In this document: positions 57,250 through 64,000 of the stretch, piece by piece
Numbering within the stretch: position 1 is the stretch's first letter
Layout of the letters: every line of letters begins with the position of its first letter
IMG/VR virus record: IMGVR_UViG_3300043568_000598
Span: 21,431-85,430 of that record
DNA from: a virus
Reading direction: 5' to 3' (one strand)
DNA length: 64,000 bases
The notes under the pieces: generated by a model
What the model was told of the DNA's origin: nothing
Seen by the model: the letters and a program-made list of their open reading frames with translations, nothing else
Database searches by the model: none
Program-made: the position numbers and the translations under genes

Positions 57250-57478
57250 CAGATTTGAACTTTATCATTGGCACACACGCAACGGTAAAGATATAATAGA
57301 AGTAGACTGGCCCAAAGTACACAAAACTGTAGGAGTAGATCTAATAAATTGGATCAACAAACAGCCCAAGGAAAAATGTCAGTTAGTGGTAGATAAACTC
57401 AACGACGATTTCAAGCTCATAGCAGAATTTTACGATCAGCAGACATTAGTAGCTTATCATTTAATGTGGGCTAAATAA
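57239..57478 (+). CDS. Hypothetical protein
   Basis: 79 aa overlapping the helicase stop. Confidence 0.65.
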   Translation: MKSNRFELYHWHTRNGKDIIEVDWPKVHKTVGVDLINWINKQPKEKCQLVVDKLNDDFKLIAEFYDQQTLVAYHLMWAK

Positions 57479-57481
57479 TGG

Positions 57482-57823
57482 ATGCGAGCAAAAGAGTTTA
57501 TAACTGAACGAGAAATGTCCGATCGTAAGAGTCGGGCGTTGAATACTACCTTTGAGTTTCCTACTATGCCCAGTTCAGATGGGTATCAGGCCTATAGATT
57601 CGGTGTTGCTATGGCCAACCACGAAGAACCGCCTTACGGTCCTACGTCACAACATGCTGTGATCAGTGCGTATACTCCTGAAGAGGAAGAGATCATACAT
57701 GCAGCAGAAAGAGTCACTGGTCATCGAGGACGATTAATCGCTGATCGAGGTAGTCGAGAGCCCAAGAGCACAGAAACACAAAGTCCTGTGGCCAAACCCA
57801 AACGCAATCGCTACGGAGTTTAA
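57482..57823 (+). CDS. Putative head-internal protein (MRAKEFITE N-terminus)
   Basis: Capsid-targeting-like N-terminus; TAAATA 4 nt upstream. Confidence 0.65.
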   Translation: MRAKEFITEREMSDRKSRALNTTFEFPTMPSSDGYQAYRFGVAMANHEEPPYGPTSQHAVISAYTPEEEEIIHAAERVTGHRGRLIADRGSREPKSTETQSPVAKPKRNRYGV

Positions 57824-57824
57824 C

Positions 57825-58535
57825 ATGCGACTGCGAGAATTTTCCCAAACAGATTTTGTCACGGTAAACTCAGAGCTGAATCCCAAACTATGGCAGGGCG
57901 GAAGACTAGACGGCAAAGTACGTCTCAAACTATTGGAAATTGCCAGAGCATTTGTGGATTTTGTAGGCGTGGATCTTGATGTCAAGGATTATACTATAAC
58001 AGGGTCAAATGCCAATTATACTTGGAGCAAGTACAGCGATCTTGATCTGCATGTGATCATTGAGGGCGAAGTCTCAGATGCACAGCGAGAACTTTTTTCA
58101 GCGAAAAAGGCACTGTGGGCAGAATACCATGATATCACTGTGCGAGGCCTGCCTGTGGAGTGTTATGTACAAGGCGAATCAGAAACGCATCACAGCACTG
58201 GTGTTTACAGCATCATGAACAACAGTTGGTTGATTAAACCTCAGAAAACAGAACCCGAGTTTGATGACCAAGCAGTGGAAGCTAAAAAAGACAGTATGCT
58301 CAGTCAGATAGAGCAGGCTCTGCTCGCAAAAGATCTTGAAAAATTACGAGCAGTTAAAGATAAGATTACCACAATGCGCAGAGCTGGACTGGATCGTGCT
58401 GGCGAATATTCAGTGGAAAACGTGGTGTTTAAGATACTGCGTAATCTAGGTCTGATAGATCAAATCACTGAAAAGATAAGAGAGTTGGAAGATGCCCAAC
58501 TCTCTTTAGAACAACAGACTGCTGTGTTAGATTAG
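57825..58535 (+). CDS. Pol-beta superfamily nucleotidyltransferase
   Basis: ITGSNANY.W..YSDLDLHV, VECYVQ, GEYSVENVVFK.LR. Confidence 0.8.
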   Translation: MRLREFSQTDFVTVNSELNPKLWQGGRLDGKVRLKLLEIARAFVDFVGVDLDVKDYTITGSNANYTWSKYSDLDLHVIIEGEVSDAQRELFSAKKALWAEYHDITVRGLPVECYVQGESETHHSTGVYSIMNNSWLIKPQKTEPEFDDQAVEAKKDSMLSQIEQALLAKDLEKLRAVKDKITTMRRAGLDRAGEYSVENVVFKILRNLGLIDQITEKIRELEDAQLSLEQQTAVLD

Positions 58536-59230
58536 TCTTTTCTGCCGCCGAACAGCTGTAGCAGATTCAGGAACAGATTAATAAAGTCCATGTACAGGGT
58601 CAACGCACCCGATACTTCCACAGCAGGGTTGGTATCCACTGAAACCATTTCACGGATCTGTTGTGTGTCATACGCAGTCAATCCCAAGAAGATAATGATA
58701 GCCAGAACTGAAATTACCATCTGCATGACTGTGCTGCCAATAAAGATGTTTACAATAGATGCAATGATAATGGCAATCAAGCCCACAATCATGAACTTGC
58801 CCATGCTGTCTAGACTGCGTTTGGTGAAGTAACCGTAACCGCTCATCACAGCAAACAGTATGGCTGCACCCATGAATGCACTAACAATACTGCCCATGGT
58901 AAACACAGCAAAGATCATTGCAAAGCTGAGACCCATCAAGGCTGCAAATCCATGTAGGCATAGTTGAGCAACTTCTTTGGTAGGATTGTTACCCAAGACA
59001 TAGCTGACACCAAAGATTGCAGCCAAGGGTGCAAAGATCACGATCCATTTAAGCACACCTGTGAAAAAGAACTGTAGAAGTTCTGGGCTGGTGCCTACGA
59101 AGTAGCTGACCAGCATTGACACCAAAACTGCCAGGCTCATGTGTCCGTAGACACGACCCATGGCTGAGTTGACTTCTTCTGCTGAACGATAATTTAATGT
59201 ACCGTCACTGACATAATTTGTTCCGAACAT
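58532..59230 (-). CDS. BAX inhibitor-1/YccA family membrane protein
   Basis: About seven hydrophobic segments; GLTAYDTQ, GALTLYMDFINLF. Confidence 0.92.
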   Translation of the reverse strand: MFGTNYVSDGTLNYRSAEEVNSAMGRVYGHMSLAVLVSMLVSYFVGTSPELLQFFFTGVLKWIVIFAPLAAIFGVSYVLGNNPTKEVAQLCLHGFAALMGLSFAMIFAVFTMGSIVSAFMGAAILFAVMSGYGYFTKRSLDSMGKFMIVGLIAIIIASIVNIFIGSTVMQMVISVLAIIIFLGLTAYDTQQIREMVSVDTNPAVEVSGALTLYMDFINLFLNLLQLFGGRKD

Positions 59231-59259
59231 TTGGACTCCTTGTGGTTGATATAAGTTTA

Positions 59260-59288
59260 ATTATACAGTACAATATTTACTAAGTCAA
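59260..59288 (-). promoter_or_regulatory. Composite sigma70 + late promoter for the BI-1 gene
   Basis: Minus strand TTGACT-N17-TATAAT with TAAATA in the spacer. Confidence 0.7.
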
Positions 59289-59317
59289 CTCTTGATTGCG
59301 CCAAAAATCAGCAATTT

Positions 59318-59346
59318 TTGACCTTGACAATAAATACGCATATAAC
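59318..59346 (+). promoter_or_regulatory. Composite sigma70 + late promoter
   Basis: TTGACC-N17-TATAAC with TAAATA at 59331-59336. Confidence 0.6.
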
Positions 59347-59357
59347 TAGGAATTCAC

Positions 59358-59795
59358 ATGCTGCATATCATCACAGACATTCGAGACAATCTCATGAATC
59401 TCATCAAAGACGATCCAGTACGGCCCGAATTGCCTGCGGATTTTCGTGTAAATTCAAACTCAAAAATCTTCGTGTTGCAGGACGATGAAACCCAGCAGCC
59501 CCTGGCAGTGACCTGCGTGAAGTTCCTAAATCAAATTCCTCACAATGTAGATGAATTAGCAGAGCTCACTGTGAATACCAATACTGCGGTGTTCTATACC
59601 ATTTGGAGTTATGCTGCTGGTGCTGGCCGTAGACTGATAGAAGAAGCACAGCAAGAAATTCAGAAGCAACAGCCTGAAATTGACACTTACGTGACTCTGA
59701 GCCCTAAAACAGAAATGGCTCGCAGATTCCATCTGAAAAACGGTGCGGAAGTGTTCAGAGAAAACGCAGAAACAGTGAACTATCTGTACAGATAA
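59358..59795 (+). CDS. GNAT-like protein
   Basis: DDPVRP, FYTIWSY..GAGRRLI, TLSP..MARRFH.KNGA. Confidence 0.6.
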   Translation: MLHIITDIRDNLMNLIKDDPVRPELPADFRVNSNSKIFVLQDDETQQPLAVTCVKFLNQIPHNVDELAELTVNTNTAVFYTIWSYAAGAGRRLIEEAQQEIQKQQPEIDTYVTLSPKTEMARRFHLKNGAEVFRENAETVNYLYR

Positions 59796-60005
59796 TTATT
59801 GACGTACTGTGGGTGTATACAGTTTCACAAAACCCTGCCATGTGTCGCCAGTTCTAGCTGACATACGATCAGCCAACTGTCGAGCTGTGTCTTCAGCTAG
59901 AACTCGCTGACGCTGTGTGAATCTTGTGCCAGTGAGATCCTGAGTTTTCACAGTCTGTCCTGTGATCATGTTGCGGGCCATGGGTAATAGATATTGTTCG
60001 CTCAT
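59796..60005 (-). CDS. Hypothetical protein (69 aa)
   Basis: Start re-assigned to MSEQYLLP, 5 nt after TAAATA. Confidence 0.65.
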   Translation of the reverse strand: MSEQYLLPMARNMITGQTVKTQDLTGTRFTQRQRVLAEDTARQLADRMSARTGDTWQGFVKLYTPTVRQ

Positions 60006-60013
60006 ATGAATAT

Positions 60014-60364
60014 TTATACCAAATGCTGTGCAAGAACCATACAGCTTATCCACGCCCATATGGTGTTAAATCCCACAAGCGTAGGTAACAGTTTCTTTTC
60101 ACTTGCCCAAATCAAGGTCAACGATGTGAACAGTGTAAAGAAGTACAGCCACCATATTGAAACACCAAAAATCAATCCGGGAACTATAATAGTGGCTTTG
60201 GCAAACCAGGATAGAAACTCCACGGTGTTATAGTCCGTCCAATATTCACGTTTGAACCACATGCCGTAGCATTCACGGATCTTGGCGAATGTGATGTGAT
60301 TGTAGACCAAGTATAATAAGCATAAGGCAGCGAGATTTGCTGCGATTAGTTGTGTTAGTGTCAT
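60014..60364 (-). CDS. Small multi-pass membrane protein
   Basis: About four hydrophobic segments; AAGGA Shine-Dalgarno. Confidence 0.7.
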   Translation of the reverse strand: MTLTQLIAANLAALCLLYLVYNHITFAKIRECYGMWFKREYWTDYNTVEFLSWFAKATIIVPGLIFGVSIWWLYFFTLFTSLTLIWASEKKLLPTLVGFNTIWAWISCMVLAQHLV

Positions 60365-60453
60365 GATTTTCCTTGTTTGATGTTATAGACGTAGGCGACT
60401 GCACACACTGAGATGATCAGCAGAGTGGGCACTAAGATCAACCAAGTTACCAT
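60361..60453 (-). CDS. 30-aa single-TM peptide
   Basis: MVTWLILVPTLLIISVCAVAYVYNIKQGKS; overlaps both neighbours. Confidence 0.5.
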   Translation of the reverse strand: MVTWLILVPTLLIISVCAVAYVYNIKQGKS

Positions 60454-60557
60454 AGATCACACTGCCGTATTTTTTCAGCATCTTGTGTGGGGTCTCGTGA
60501 AAGATACACAACAGCAAACACCGCCCAAAACGCTAGGAATAAAATGTAGCCTATCAT
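60447..60557 (-). CDS. 36-aa single-TM peptide
   Basis: MIGYILFLAFWAVFAVVYLSRDPTQ...; ATGA-coupled to the upstream ORF. Confidence 0.5.
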   Translation of the reverse strand: MIGYILFLAFWAVFAVVYLSRDPTQDAEKIRQCDLW

Positions 60558-60724
60558 GGTTTCACCATGAACACAAACATCGAGACTATGCAAAACACTA
60601 CCACAAACCACAGTGCGTACCCAGCCCATGCTTGTTGTTCCGCTTCTGTGGGCGGTGTTTCATCTTGTACCTTCTTCCAACCCATTTCTTCACTGCGATC
60701 TTTTAGAGGATCATATTTTACCAT
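60554..60724 (-). CDS. 56-aa C-terminally anchored membrane peptide
   Basis: AAAGGAG Shine-Dalgarno; MVKYDPLKDRSEEMGW...YALWFVVVFCIVSMFVFMVKP. Confidence 0.6.
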   Translation of the reverse strand: MVKYDPLKDRSEEMGWKKVQDETPPTEAEQQAWAGYALWFVVVFCIVSMFVFMVKP

Positions 60725-60831
60725 AGATTCTACTCCTTTGAGTGTATATATGCGATTTGAGATTCAGCGGTGTAATTCCTGGCGAAGCCGAGCGCAAAAT
60801 TTTTTTTGTGCAGAGCACACAGCGCAGATTT

Positions 60832-60948
60832 TTAGCTGTCTTCCACACACTGTATGCGCCCGCCTAGAGCACGTTGATATATCTCAGCACAGCTCAACAG
60901 ATTGAATGGAATAATCGCACCGTTGTCTAATATCAAGTGATAGCGCAT
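60832..60948 (-). CDS. 38-aa protein, paralogue of 63462..63602
   Basis: MRYHLILDNGAIIPFNLLSCAEIYQRALGGRIQCVEDS; TAAATA 4 nt upstream. Confidence 0.6.
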   Translation of the reverse strand: MRYHLILDNGAIIPFNLLSCAEIYQRALGGRIQCVEDS

Positions 60949-60980
60949 GGTGTATTTACATGCTAGAACTATATATGTAT

Positions 60981-61193
60981 ATGTTAACTCTAGTAGACAG
61001 CACAGGTGAATATAACTGCACAGTGACCATCAAGGGTCCCATGGGTGTGATACGCATACACGATCTAGTATGGTGTCCTAAGGATAGACAAGACTTGTGG
61101 GAGATCTACTACTGGCAATCATACGCTGTGCTGCAAGGTGCGTATCACTGCTGTTTTAGCTTACCTGGTAAGGTACAGTTGTTGAGCTCGTAG
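60981..61193 (+). CDS. Hypothetical protein
   Basis: Fills a gap; TATATA-N5-ATG at 60970-60983. Confidence 0.4.
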   Translation: MLTLVDSTGEYNCTVTIKGPMGVIRIHDLVWCPKDRQDLWEIYYWQSYAVLQGAYHCCFSLPGKVQLLSS

Positions 61194-61355
61194 TATCCAC
61201 GGTGTTAAATGGGCTAGAAACATCACAAACCACATCACTGCCATTTCATAAGGCCAAGCACCGCATATGCTCATGGGCGTGAACACGCTGTAGATAAACC
61301 CTAGCAAGAATGCAGGAGCAGGAGCAAGACTCAGTATTGTGTATAGTGTTCGCAT
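61161..61355 (-). CDS. Small two-TM membrane protein
   Basis: Two hydrophobic segments; TAAATA 5 nt upstream. Confidence 0.65.
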   Translation of the reverse strand: MRTLYTILSLAPAPAFLLGFIYSVFTPMSICGAWPYEMAVMWFVMFLAHLTPWILRAQQLYLTR

Positions 61356-61413
61356 GAGAATATTTAGCAGCCCAAAATGGGTCTACAGGGCTAAAAAATA
61401 CAGCGCAGTTTTT

Positions 61414-61683
61414 TTAAATAGCGCCTCGCAGTATGCTCATGGTGATTTCAGCGTCCGCTATACGATACACGTTGTAGCACTCTCGACGAATCCGCTTTAG
61501 ACTGGGTTTGCTTCTGCGGCCACCTGCATCACTGCTTAATGGCTGTAACTGTAGTTGATTACTGGCTTCGTAGACCTTTATAACACGAGCTAGAATGATT
61601 CTATTGTGTTCTGTAACTAGGCAATGATCTCCGGGTGAGAGATGACAGCCAGCAATGTCTCTGTGTTGTAGTGTGTGCGTCAT
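61414..61683 (-). CDS. Hypothetical protein (SH3/KOW-like)
   Basis: DIAG..LSPGDHCLV, ARVIKV. Confidence 0.6.
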   Translation of the reverse strand: MTHTLQHRDIAGCHLSPGDHCLVTEHNRIILARVIKVYEASNQLQLQPLSSDAGGRRSKPSLKRIRRECYNVYRIADAEITMSILRGAI

Positions 61684-61863
61684 AGTAGAAAAAGAGTTTG
61701 AAGTTGGAAAAAATTTGCGGCGTAAAAAATTTGGGTGGAGTACTTTTCATTTCAAGGTGGTGATTTATGACCCCATAGCACTGTGTTAGCGCATACTAAC
61801 ATACTGTGCATATACCGGTCACCCCACCATGACCACCACCCACCCCTCACCCACCGACGATGC

Positions 61864-62046
61864 TCATTGACACTTCACTGTGACACCACACTGCTGCTGC
61901 CAGTTGGGCATCTGATCGAACAGGCTCTGGCCCTGAGATATCTTTGGATCGTAGGCTGTGTCTCTACGATCGTGTGTGGCGCAGCCCGTGACTGCTGCTG
62001 TGCTACAGAGCAGCAATACGCTGCAGATACGCTGTAATGTCTTCAT
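61864..62046 (-). CDS. Putative small lipoprotein
   Basis: Signal peptide with VTG|C lipobox; GAGGA Shine-Dalgarno. Confidence 0.55.
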   Translation of the reverse strand: MKTLQRICSVLLLCSTAAVTGCATHDRRDTAYDPKISQGQSLFDQMPNWQQQCGVTVKCQ

Positions 62047-62227
62047 GTACGTCCTCTACTTGATCTAGTTGTGCTGCTGTCATAAGCTCACGCATAACAA
62101 CAGCACGGTTCTTATACGCAGGGGGCATAGCGTTAACCATAGCGTCCACTGCCTCTAGTGTATCACAGTTCCACAACAGCTTGCATATCTGCACGTCCTG
62201 CTTGCTGAGTCCTTGTAGTTGGATCAT
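62003..62227 (-). CDS. Hypothetical protein
   Basis: 74-aa ORF in the early minus-strand operon. Confidence 0.65.
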   Translation of the reverse strand: MIQLQGLSKQDVQICKLLWNCDTLEAVDAMVNAMPPAYKNRAVVMRELMTAAQLDQVEDVHEDITAYLQRIAAL

Positions 62228-62245
62228 GCCTGTGCCTTCAAGTAA

Positions 62246-62560
62246 TCACACATGTTCTGCCATGTGTTTACAGGTACCTCTATAGGTAAATCCGGGACAG
62301 CTACATGACTGTTCGGTGACTGTGTACGTTTGCCCTTTACTACCAATAACTGTACGTGCATTTGATTCTTTCTTAGTTGTGAATAGGTTCTTGTTGCCTG
62401 GCGTGAACTTCCTGCCTCTCTTGTCGAATCCTTTGATGGGATTCTTGAAGTAGAATGGAGTTGTTTCGCCCTTCTTTACATATGCTACTAGGTTGTTGCC
62501 GTCTAGTAGGTATGTGTGGGCGGGGAATTGGCCCCCTGTGGTTTCTACTAGAGCTTCCAT
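62246..62560 (-). CDS. SWIM zinc-finger protein
   Basis: GSKG.TYTV...CSCPGF.YRG.CKH; start MEALVE. Confidence 0.8.
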   Translation of the reverse strand: MEALVETTGGQFPAHTYLLDGNNLVAYVKKGETTPFYFKNPIKGFDKRGRKFTPGNKNLFTTKKESNARTVIGSKGQTYTVTEQSCSCPGFTYRGTCKHMAEHV

Positions 62561-62561
62561 G

Positions 62562-62753
62562 TTATTCAGCGTCGTAGTAGTCAGACACTCGCAGGGCCAA
62601 AACACCGCAATACATTGTCAGCAGTCCCACCACACTCACTGCCAGGGCACTAAGGAGCTCTGTGTCTGTAACACTCTGCTCTACGCCACCTACTGCGCCA
62701 AAGGTTACTAAAAGTCCTGTAATGAATACGAACATTGCTGTGCTGGATTTCAT
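62562..62753 (-). CDS. Small two-TM membrane protein
   Basis: AAGGAG Shine-Dalgarno; GLLVTFGAVGGVE. Confidence 0.7.
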   Translation of the reverse strand: MKSSTAMFVFITGLLVTFGAVGGVEQSVTDTELLSALAVSVVGLLTMYCGVLALRVSDYYDAE

Positions 62754-62779
62754 GTGTGCTCCTTAGTGTGTATGTGTTT

Positions 62780-62808
62780 ATTATACGATCGTTTGGCTAC
62801 TTTGTCAA
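62780..62808 (-). promoter_or_regulatory. Early sigma70 promoter cassette 1
   Basis: TTGACA-N17-TATAAT, then CA-rich leader and AAGGAG. Confidence 0.88.
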
Positions 62809-62810
62809 CC

Positions 62811-62828
62811 AAAAGCCCTAGGGCTTTT
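62811..62828. terminator. Perfect 18-bp palindrome (terminator or operator)
   Basis: aaaagccctagggctttt between the 62833 stop and the -35 box. Confidence 0.5.
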
Positions 62829-62832
62829 AGGG

Positions 62833-63186
62833 TTAATCCAACCTGCTGCCCGCATAGATATCTTCGATGCCCAGCTCTTGTTTCATCACTGCTGCGTAGG
62901 CCACAGCGCCGTGATCTGCTGCATCCACGCTCTGACCGTGCCACCAGCTGTTCCAAAGTTGCAGGCCGCCGGTGTAACTCTTGCGGAATCCCACGGCACT
63001 CAGGGCCTTGCCCAGCTTGGAGTTAGAACGTACCTTGTAGACGTTGACCCAAGCAAAGCCACATGCGCCCCCGTCTCTACCATTGAAATGCTTGTTGGAG
63101 AAAGCCTGTGCTGCTGCTCGGGCAGCTGCCATGGCCTTGTCGTGTGCTTGTTGAACTTGTGCTGCGTCGATAGTTGCTGTAGTCAT
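62833..63186 (-). CDS. Hypothetical early phage protein (CGFAWV motif)
   Basis: GGACGFAWV, QSVDA, SRLD end; AAAGGAG Shine-Dalgarno. Confidence 0.8.
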   Translation of the reverse strand: MTTATIDAAQVQQAHDKAMAAARAAAQAFSNKHFNGRDGGACGFAWVNVYKVRSNSKLGKALSAVGFRKSYTGGLQLWNSWWHGQSVDAADHGAVAYAAVMKQELGIEDIYAGSRLD

Positions 63187-63215
63187 TTCATGCTCCTTTG
63201 TGTGTGTATGTGTTT

Positions 63216-63244
63216 ATTATACGATCAAGCTGCCAATTTGTCAA
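63216..63244 (-). promoter_or_regulatory. Early sigma70 promoter cassette 2
   Basis: TTGACA-N17-TATAAT. Confidence 0.88.
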
Positions 63245-63426
63245 CCAAAATAGTTTTCAACGGAACCCTCAATGCCCTCTTCAAAGGTGTCGCTGTAAAG
63301 TCCCTCAATGTCCTGCTCAAAGAACTCAGTCAGTTGTTTCTTAGAGGGGGTCTTGCCTGTGAGTTCCTTGGCGTACTCTTTGACTGCTTTGATAGCGGAT
63401 TTAGGTACAGTGATAGTGATTTCCAT
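63241..63426 (-). CDS. Hypothetical protein (61 aa)
   Basis: AAGGAG Shine-Dalgarno before MEITIT; its stop lies in the next -35 box. Confidence 0.7.
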   Translation of the reverse strand: MEITITVPKSAIKAVKEYAKELTGKTPSKKQLTEFFEQDIEGLYSDTFEEGIEGSVENYFG

Positions 63427-63452
63427 AGTGTGCTCCTTGTTGCGATGTGTCA

Positions 63453-63481
63453 ATTATACGGTCAAGCTGCCAATTTGTCAA
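63453..63481 (-). promoter_or_regulatory. Early sigma70 promoter cassette 3
   Basis: TTGACA-N17-TATAAT. Confidence 0.88.
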
Positions 63482-63602
63482 CCAAAATCAACTGTGGCTT
63501 TCCTACAACACGGCCCCCATTGATGTTAGCATACATCTCAGCCACTGCTCTCACGTAGAACTGCTGTTGGGTGCCATTGGGATATATCACTGTGTAGGCC
63601 AT
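63462..63602 (-). CDS. 46-aa protein, paralogue of 60832..60948
   Basis: MAYTVIYPNGTQQQFYVRAVAEMYANINGGRVVGKPQLILVDKLAA; GGAG Shine-Dalgarno, TAATG coupling. Confidence 0.65.
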   Translation of the reverse strand: MAYTVIYPNGTQQQFYVRAVAEMYANINGGRVVGKPQLILVDKLAA

Positions 63603-63805
63603 TACGCTCGCTCCAGGACACGCATGAGTTCGTTGTGCAGGTAATCAACCTCTGATTGATCCACGTAGAAATCAGTGCGGGGATCGTAGTAGGCTCCCTC
63701 TCGGACATCGTAGTAGAGTGGGCGGCCACCTATGTTGAACGGTCCCTCTAGGCCCTTGCGTGGAGTGTATCCCTGGAGCACATCGTTGACGATTCTGTAA
63801 CCCAT
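63602..63805 (-). CDS. Hypothetical small phage protein
   Basis: PRKGLEGPF, LYYD..EG.YYDP.TDFYV; GGAG Shine-Dalgarno. Confidence 0.75.
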   Translation of the reverse strand: MGYRIVNDVLQGYTPRKGLEGPFNIGGRPLYYDVREGAYYDPRTDFYVDQSEVDYLHNELMRVLERA

Positions 63806-63806
63806 G

Positions 63807-63920
63807 TTATGCTCCAGCTATGGCGATCAGTACACCTGCAGTGATCATCAATGTGGCCTGGATCAAGCCTGTGATCCAACCAATGTAAACGACAGCTACG
63901 ATTCCGATCAGCTTCAACAT
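63807..63920 (-). CDS. 37-aa hydrophobic peptide
   Basis: MLKLIGIVAVVYIGWITGLIQATLMITAGVLIAIAGA; AAAGGAG Shine-Dalgarno. Confidence 0.6.
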   Translation of the reverse strand: MLKLIGIVAVVYIGWITGLIQATLMITAGVLIAIAGA

Positions 63921-63947
63921 GGTTCGCTCCTTTGTTGCTAAGTGTTA

Positions 63948-63976
63948 ATTATAACGCCGTCTTACCAAATTGTCAA
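63948..63976 (-). promoter_or_regulatory. Early sigma70 promoter cassette 4
   Basis: TTGACA-N17-TATAAT. Confidence 0.85.
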
Positions 63977-64000
63977 CCAATTTCTGTGTTGCAAAACTGC

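Noticed and set aside
62754-63980. Spaced repeats as a CRISPR array
   Set aside because: Spacing is irregular and hundreds of bases long, the intervals are genes, and the repeats are sigma70 promoters with Shine-Dalgarno sites.
1-64000. Stop-codon reassignment
   Set aside because: Core genes are full length in the standard code, and TAA, TGA and TAG all end genes.
1-64000. Bacterial secondary-metabolite or capsule locus, or a prophage
   Set aside because: The enzymes are interleaved with T4-like structural and replication genes and share phage late promoters; no integrase or host housekeeping context.

Overview
A 64-kb gene-dense segment of a large T4-like contractile-tailed (myovirus) phage genome, read in the standard genetic code, with no tRNA, rRNA, CRISPR, integrase or intein that I can see. 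Layout: (1) 1-10 kb, a minus-strand cluster of two flavin-dependent halogenases, seven Fe(II)/2OG-type oxygenases, three tandem dUTPase-fold paralogues and GroES. (2) 10-30 kb, a tail fibre with a cupredoxin-like tip, neck and tail genes (gp15/gp14/gp13/gp18/gp19), dNMP kinase, head completion, terminase and putative head-internal proteins. (3) 30-33 kb, gp32/UvsX/UvsY. (4) 33-48 kb, a glycan-biosynthesis island (five KpsS-like paralogues, GT-A enzymes, NDP-sugar dehydratase and reductase, methyltransferases) plus UvsW. (5) 48-58 kb, a clamp-loader-like gene, a 192-aa miniature DnaE, primase, a 38-aa PFIY peptide coupled to a carbamoyltransferase, helicase and a nucleotidyltransferase. (6) 58-64 kb, small early genes behind repeated consensus sigma70 promoters. 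Most notable: the mini-DnaE, the halogenase/oxygenase/dUTPase-fold cluster, a window-wide TAAATA-N4/5-ATG leaderless architecture, and a start-less +1-frame ORF with a hairpin at about 30.3 kb. All family calls come from motif recognition by eye, not database searches.
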